DNA from: Alphaproteobacteria bacterium | Lineage (GTDB): Bacteria; Pseudomonadota; Alphaproteobacteria; Rickettsiales; JABCZZ01 | Direction of reading: 5' to 3' | NCBI GenBank assembly: GCA_013286285.1 | Contig: JABDGA010000003.1 | Location: forward strand, 1-60,720 | DNA: 60,720 bases | Shown: positions 56,380-60,720 of the stretch, piece by piece | Numbering within the stretch: the stretch's first letter is position 1 | Layout of the letters: every line of letters begins with the position of its first letter | Notes under the pieces: model-generated | What the model saw: the letters and a program-made list of their open reading frames with translations, nothing else | Databases searched by the model: none | Told to the model about the DNA's origin: nothing | Program-made: the position numbers and the translations under genes

Positions 56380-57793
56380 ATGCTGGCCGGGCTATTCTCA
56401 GGATACAGGTTATACAAATTTTACTCCGCTTTGATGTTTGCGGTCGTGTTATTTGGCGCTCCTATATTCTACCCCACTTCTGTTTTCGCTGATGAATGCG
56501 CGGGGGTACAGATAAACGCACATTGCGGCTTAACTAATGGCAACACCGGATCGGGTAAGTTTTGCGGCAATGACTGTGGCGTCGCTGGTAACAATAATAC
56601 GCTTTATACATGCATCTGCACCAGTCCGGGCAACTGCCATAATGATCCTAATCCTAAAAACCCACCGCTAAACTGCAATCCCTGCATTCGGTATCCCGAT
56701 TCATACCAGCCCGATATGTGCGTACATCCGACCGTAGCAGCAACCCAACCGCCTGTCTCAAGAATCCTGCCGGTGCAGGAAATTCATGCGCCGCGGACGG
56801 GGGACAATGCATGACAAGTGAGTCATGTTTAAATAATATTATCATGCCAACGTCCAGCTCCAGTGGAGGGACTGGAAGCTGGAGTGATTGCAACTCTCCT
56901 AACGTATGCTGCACAACAACGGCGGCACCTATCTGCACCCGTAGGGGAGATACTCAAAACTGTATTTGTACGGGCAATGTTAACAACAGCTGCGCGTTCT
57001 TTAGTGATCTGGGCGGATGGCAATGTCCGGATGGCCCCAACACTTGTGCTCCTCTTAACAGCAGTAGCAGCAGTGGTGGGGGAAGTGGTAGCAGCAGCGG
57101 TGGTAATGGGAATGTTGCTACACCAACATGCGCATTAGAAGATATTAACTCAGGCGCAGTTGTACAAACAGGGCTATCCTGTTATGATAGTCCGTGTTAC
57201 CCAGCCCCAAGCCCTTCGCCAAGGCCGTCCACACCGCCATCGGCGCTACCGTGGAGGTCGTCAAGCGCAACGAACTCCATACCTTCGCCCTCATTCCAAA
57301 ACGATGGGTCGTCGAACGCTCTTTCGCCTGGCTCGAAAAATGTAGAAGACTCTGGAAAAACTGCGAACGGAAGATCAATGCCAGTCTCAATATGGCCGTC
57401 CTCGCTTTCCTGGTTTTGATCCTAAAAAAATCGTGAACAGGCTCTAAGAGCAGCACTCTGCCGGATAATTCCTGCACGTCGCTCAACCAGCAATTTGGCG
57501 GCAATGACTTTGCCTGCCTGCCTCGGCCAGCCTGCGAAGCCCATGGTGGAGATGCAATAAGCGTGGGAGGATGTTCAAACGGCTGGGTATGCTGCGAAAC
57601 CAATGCCTGTACAATGCTGGGCACTTATGCCACTTGCGAAACAAAGAGCGCATGTGCAAATGGATATGACGGGTTTGATGTCAGGTACGGCAAACCTGTA
57701 ACCTCTGACCCTGCAGCCACGGCTTGCAAAGGCAACCAGATATGCTGTGATTGTCCTACATGTAAACTACAGAGTCCGCGTCCGCTTCCATAA
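56380..57793 (+). pseudogene. Second Cys/Ser/Gly-rich secreted protein gene, disrupted by a frameshift and an IS5-family remnant
   Basis: Homologous Cys-rich reading continues across three frames. 56380..56814 has a signal peptide and CGLTNGNTGSGKFCGND...TLYTCIC, like 53171 paralogue residues CGLTNDKKGTGVFCGQD...TLYKCSC. The 56718..~57196 frame carries the SSSGG linkers and ...GGWQCPDGPNTCAP. The ~57448..57793 frame reads ...GGCSNGWVCCETNAC.... The frame switch occurs somewhere in 56658-56814. Confidence 0.65.
57197..57444 (+). mobile_element. IS5-family transposase 3' remnant (C-terminal ~80 codons plus element end)
   Basis: It translates to ...PFAKAVHTAIGATVEVVKRNELHTFALIPKRWVVERSFAWLEKCRRLWKNCERKINASLNMAVLAFLVLILKKS*, the characteristic C-terminus of IS5-family DDE transposases (RWVVERxFAWLxxxRRL). 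It is visibly GC-richer than its flanks. The sequence ends ...gaacaggctc followed by taa. No 5' part of the IS is present. Confidence 0.75.
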
Positions 57794-57831
57794 CTTCAAT
57801 TTCTTACAATGCTTATTAAGAAAGATCTATC

Positions 57832-59439
57832 ATGATAAAAGCATTACCAGGAAGTAGCTTATGCACGATGATAAGCACTCGCCTGTTGCTAGCAACGTTG
57901 TTGCTTTGTATGGAGACCAACAACAGTCATGGCGACAATAGCAGCGACCTTTTTCCGGTATGCCCGTGTTCTGATGTGTATGCAAGCACCCCTGGCAATT
58001 GCCCCTCTATGGAGTCTGTGGGTATGGCCCAGTACCAGACAGGGCCAAGCATAGCCTATAATACCAACCATGGCATGATGCTATTTATCCGCGATGTCAA
58101 CGGCTACCTGGAATATGCTCCCCTGACAGGGACTAGCTCAGGGCCTGCCGATTGGAAAAACCTATATGGCAGCCTGAACGGCGATCCGGTGGCCATCTCC
58201 CGCAAAGGTGGGAATCTGGACGTATTTTATATCGGCCTGAACGAAGGAATATGGCACGCCAGGCAATCCTCTGGGCAATGGGGAGGTCCCTTCTTCATCG
58301 GCGGCCATGCAGGCGGTCAGGTTACCGTAGCGTACAGCGCCGCTTCAGACATGGCGCAGCTTTTCTATAAAGGCGATGACCAGTCACTGATGACGATTAC
58401 CCAGCCTGGAAACAATGGAACATGGGGCAAGCCCGTCGCAATACTCCCGGCGCAGTCCGTCACCAGCAACATCGCCAGCATTGATGTCGGCGGCAACCGT
58501 TACCTGTTCTTCCGCGGTATGGATGGCAGCCTTAAAGGGGTAGCGCTTACGCCCGGTTCCACTGCAGCAAGCGCTCCTGTCACTCTGACAAAGACCTGGG
58601 CAGTAACCAGTAATATATCACCGGTGCAGGATGCATCCGGTATCACCCTATTCTATCGCGGCCCGGATTCGGCGCTGTGGGAAGTACCCTCGGCAGCGGG
58701 AAGCTGGGCACAGCCGCTTTCTCTGGGCGGCAGGGTCAGTGGCGATCCGGTCGTGACCACATTACCCGGCGGACGGATACGCGTCTATTACCGTTCTACT
58801 GATGGCGGCATATATTTCGTGCAGCAATCTCAGAGCACCGCGAGCACTACCCCCTCATGGAGCAAACACCAGCATCTACTGGGGGTATCGGCAAACGCCA
58901 AGGATTCTTCAGGCGCAACGCTTCTCAGCCAGACCATTTTTAGCAACCCGGTGATTGGTATTAATCCCGATGGAAGACAGGAGGCGTTTTATGTCGGCAA
59001 TGAGGGCGCGATGTGGCATATGCGAGAGGGGGCAGCATCTTCGCTCAGCCAACAGTATCCGGCATGGAGTCCACAAACCTCGCTGGGATATATAGGACTT
59101 GCAGCGCGGGGCAACAGCATTATTGCGGCAACTCTGACCGGCACGCAGCCCATAGCGTCCTATACTGCGCTCGATGCAGCCACAATATACGACATCATCA
59201 ACAACGCACTATTCTTCAATACGTGCCTTGCAAATCCTACCCCTCTTATTGGATTTAATCATATGCTACCAAGCTGCGATGGCATACCGATTATCAGCCG
59301 CGCGATGGGTATTGCCTTATTGATAGACGACATCCAGACAGCGATAAACGCCGTCAAAGCCAGCACGAAAGGTTCCGTCACACAGGCACAATTCGACACC
59401 TTGATTAAAGCACAATTGAAGAAAATGGGGATTCTTTAA
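57832..59439 (+). CDS. Secreted seven-bladed beta-propeller protein, paralogue 2
   Basis: 535 aa, collinear with 54607..56199: the same CPC..VYA..PGNCPSME N-terminus, the same blade motifs, and a near-identical C-terminal tail (ISRAMGIALLIDDIQTAI..VKAST.GSVTQAQFD.LIKAQL.KMGIL). An alternative start is at 57868. Confidence 0.8.
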   Translation: MIKALPGSSLCTMISTRLLLATLLLCMETNNSHGDNSSDLFPVCPCSDVYASTPGNCPSMESVGMAQYQTGPSIAYNTNHGMMLFIRDVNGYLEYAPLTGTSSGPADWKNLYGSLNGDPVAISRKGGNLDVFYIGLNEGIWHARQSSGQWGGPFFIGGHAGGQVTVAYSAASDMAQLFYKGDDQSLMTITQPGNNGTWGKPVAILPAQSVTSNIASIDVGGNRYLFFRGMDGSLKGVALTPGSTAASAPVTLTKTWAVTSNISPVQDASGITLFYRGPDSALWEVPSAAGSWAQPLSLGGRVSGDPVVTTLPGGRIRVYYRSTDGGIYFVQQSQSTASTTPSWSKHQHLLGVSANAKDSSGATLLSQTIFSNPVIGINPDGRQEAFYVGNEGAMWHMREGAASSLSQQYPAWSPQTSLGYIGLAARGNSIIAATLTGTQPIASYTALDAATIYDIINNALFFNTCLANPTPLIGFNHMLPSCDGIPIISRAMGIALLIDDIQTAINAVKASTKGSVTQAQFDTLIKAQLKKMGIL

Positions 59440-60152
59440 GCCACGTCTTTGACTTCTTCCACAATGACTTCCATGCGGTAGCCGATGCCCAGCTCGGTGA
59501 CAATATAGATGGGCTTTGCCGGATCCGGCTCGATTTTCTCACGCAACTGGCTGATATAGACGCGCAAGTACTGCATATTGTCTACATGCGCCGCACCCCA
59601 GACGTCCTTAAGAATCTGCTTATGCGTAAGTATCTTGCTGCGGTTGATAATCAGATAGCGCAGGAGATCGTATTCACGTGGGGTGAATACCGCCTTCGTA
59701 CCATTGATGAACACCTCGTGGCGTACCAGATCCATACGGATATTGCCGTTGACCAGATCCGGCTCACCGCCTTCGTGCGTGGCAGCCTTGCGCAGGTTCG
59801 CATAAATGCGCGCGAGCAAAACGTCCGGGTTAAACGGCTTGGTAACGTAGTCGTCTGCACCCACTTTCAACGCATTAACGATTTCCTCGTCCTCATTACG
59901 CACCGAGCAGATGATAATAGGGGTTTGCGACCATTCGCGTATGCTCGCGATCACCTCCTTACCATCTATGTCCGGAAGTCCCAAATCCAGCAATATGAGA
60001 TCCGGACGTACGGAAGCGGCGAGCCGGACCCCTTCCCTGCCGTTATCGCATTCCACCACCTTGTATTCCGCTGCTTCCAGCACGATATTGAGGAGCTTGC
60101 GGATAGGCGGCTCATCTTCAATAATGAGTATGGTATTTTTCTTCTGTGTCAT
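59436..60152 (-). CDS. kdpE: OmpR-family response regulator, KdpE-like
   Basis: REC (ILIIEDEPPIRKLL...ILLDLGLPDIDG) plus winged helix. The tail is KdpE-like (REYDLLRYLIINRSKILTHKQILKDVWGAAHVDNMQYLRVYISQLREKIEPDPAKP..IVTELGIGYRM). The convergent overlap with the propeller gene is 4 nt. Confidence 0.8.
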   Translation of the reverse strand: MTQKKNTILIIEDEPPIRKLLNIVLEAAEYKVVECDNGREGVRLAASVRPDLILLDLGLPDIDGKEVIASIREWSQTPIIICSVRNEDEEIVNALKVGADDYVTKPFNPDVLLARIYANLRKAATHEGGEPDLVNGNIRMDLVRHEVFINGTKAVFTPREYDLLRYLIINRSKILTHKQILKDVWGAAHVDNMQYLRVYISQLREKIEPDPAKPIYIVTELGIGYRMEVIVEEVKDVA

Positions 60153-60275
60153 AATCAGTGCTATCCATCAATTTTGATCGGATTCTACAGGCAGCAATCC
60201 TACCGGGCAACTAAAATAAGCAGATTCCAGCCATTTTAATATCCATCTCGCCATAAAGAATCTGACGATACCTTT

Positions 60276-60720
60276 TTATTCGTTAATCAATTCAGCCTGC
60301 ATCACGTCTGTGCGCCCGGTAGTGAATGCCGCTATGGAACTGGCAAGGTACATGCGCCACATACGGATAAAACGGTCATCATACCCCAACGCGCGTACTT
60401 CCCGCTCATGGTTATTGAAATTCTCCAGCCACCGGTTAAGCGTAATAACATAATTCTGACCGAATGCGAACATCTCACGGCAGGTTAATCCTGCTTTTTC
60501 CGCCAGTTCCCGGAATAGCGGCTTCGGCGGCAGCACACCACCTGGGAAAATATACGTTTCGATAAAACCGTTTTTTCCGTGAGTGCGCTCAAACACGTCC
60601 GGATCGATGGTGATGCATTGCACCATCGCCCTGCCTCCGGGCTTCAAGCGTGCTTTTACCGTATCAAAATAGATCGGCCAGTATTCTTCGCCGACATGTT
60701 CAAACATACCAATAGAAACG
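60276..60720 (-). CDS. cfa: Cyclopropane-fatty-acyl-phospholipid synthase (5' end beyond window)
   Basis: The frame stays open to the window edge (..VSIGMFEHVGEEYW...). YIFPGG.LP, ...RMWRMYL and the rest are typical of the CFA synthase C-terminal half. Confidence 0.9.
   Translation of the reverse strand, partial: VSIGMFEHVGEEYWPIYFDTVKARLKPGGRAMVQCITIDPDVFERTHGKNGFIETYIFPGGVLPPKPLFRELAEKAGLTCREMFAFGQNYVITLNRWLENFNNHEREVRALGYDDRFIRMWRMYLASSIAAFTTGRTDVMQAELINE

Noticed and set aside
56658-56814. Programmed ribosomal frameshift joining 56380..56814 and 56718..57419
   Set aside because: I see no slippery heptamer or downstream structure. The same gene also carries an IS remnant, so decay (or an assembly indel) is the simpler explanation.
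57194-57436. Intact IS5-family transposase gene or complete IS
   Set aside because: Only the C-terminal ~80 residues are present. There is no DDE core, no left end and no second inverted repeat. It is called a remnant.
59586-60239. 217-aa plus-strand ORF
   Set aside because: It is antisense to the KdpE-like regulator gene and has no motifs.

Overview
This 60.7-kb window looks like a chromosomal segment, probably from an alphaproteobacterium. That assignment is an inference from the character of the CspA, BamD and Che proteins, not a search result. I support about 55 protein genes and 2 tRNAs. I see no rRNA, no CRISPR array, no prophage and no intact IS. Gene blocks in order: (1) 2-10072: an ankyrin-repeat gene translationally coupled to a prepilin-LamG fusion gene, then PAP2, cspA, an isolated virB8/virB9-like pair, bamD, a ferredoxin, and two divergent hypothetical genes. 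(2) 10107-17458: a five-step histidine utilisation cluster (hutG, hutU, hutH, hutI, hutF) with a higBA toxin-antitoxin pair wedged between hutU and hutH. (3) 17557-19739: small stress/envelope genes. (4) 19746-32038: a long minus-strand leucine/isovalerate catabolic operon. It contains a TPP keto-acid decarboxylase, HMG-CoA lyase, methylcrotonyl-CoA carboxylase, aldehyde dehydrogenase, acyl-CoA dehydrogenase and acyl-CoA synthetase. The carboxylase alpha gene in it is split by a 966-bp insertion. (5) 33780-45714: a chemotaxis operon (hybrid cheA, cheW, cheY, cheZ, cheR), a soluble PAS-MCP, and a five-gene two-component/c-di-GMP cluster. (6) 46014-47744: divergent tRNA-Gln and tRNA-Arg followed by a 1.4-kb gene-poor stretch. 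(7) 47745-59439: the accessory region I consider most interesting. A GT2 + two GT-C + ICMT-like membrane operon is transcribed divergently from a duplicated two-gene module. Each module encodes a modular Cys/Ser/Gly-rich secreted protein followed by a seven-bladed propeller protein. One copy is decayed by a frameshift and an IS5-family remnant. (8) 59436-60720: an orphan kdpE-like regulator and a truncated cfa. There are also two copies of a 72-nt double-hairpin palindromic element and several long perfect hairpins. All functional calls come from reading the translated ORFs by eye. No database search was run.
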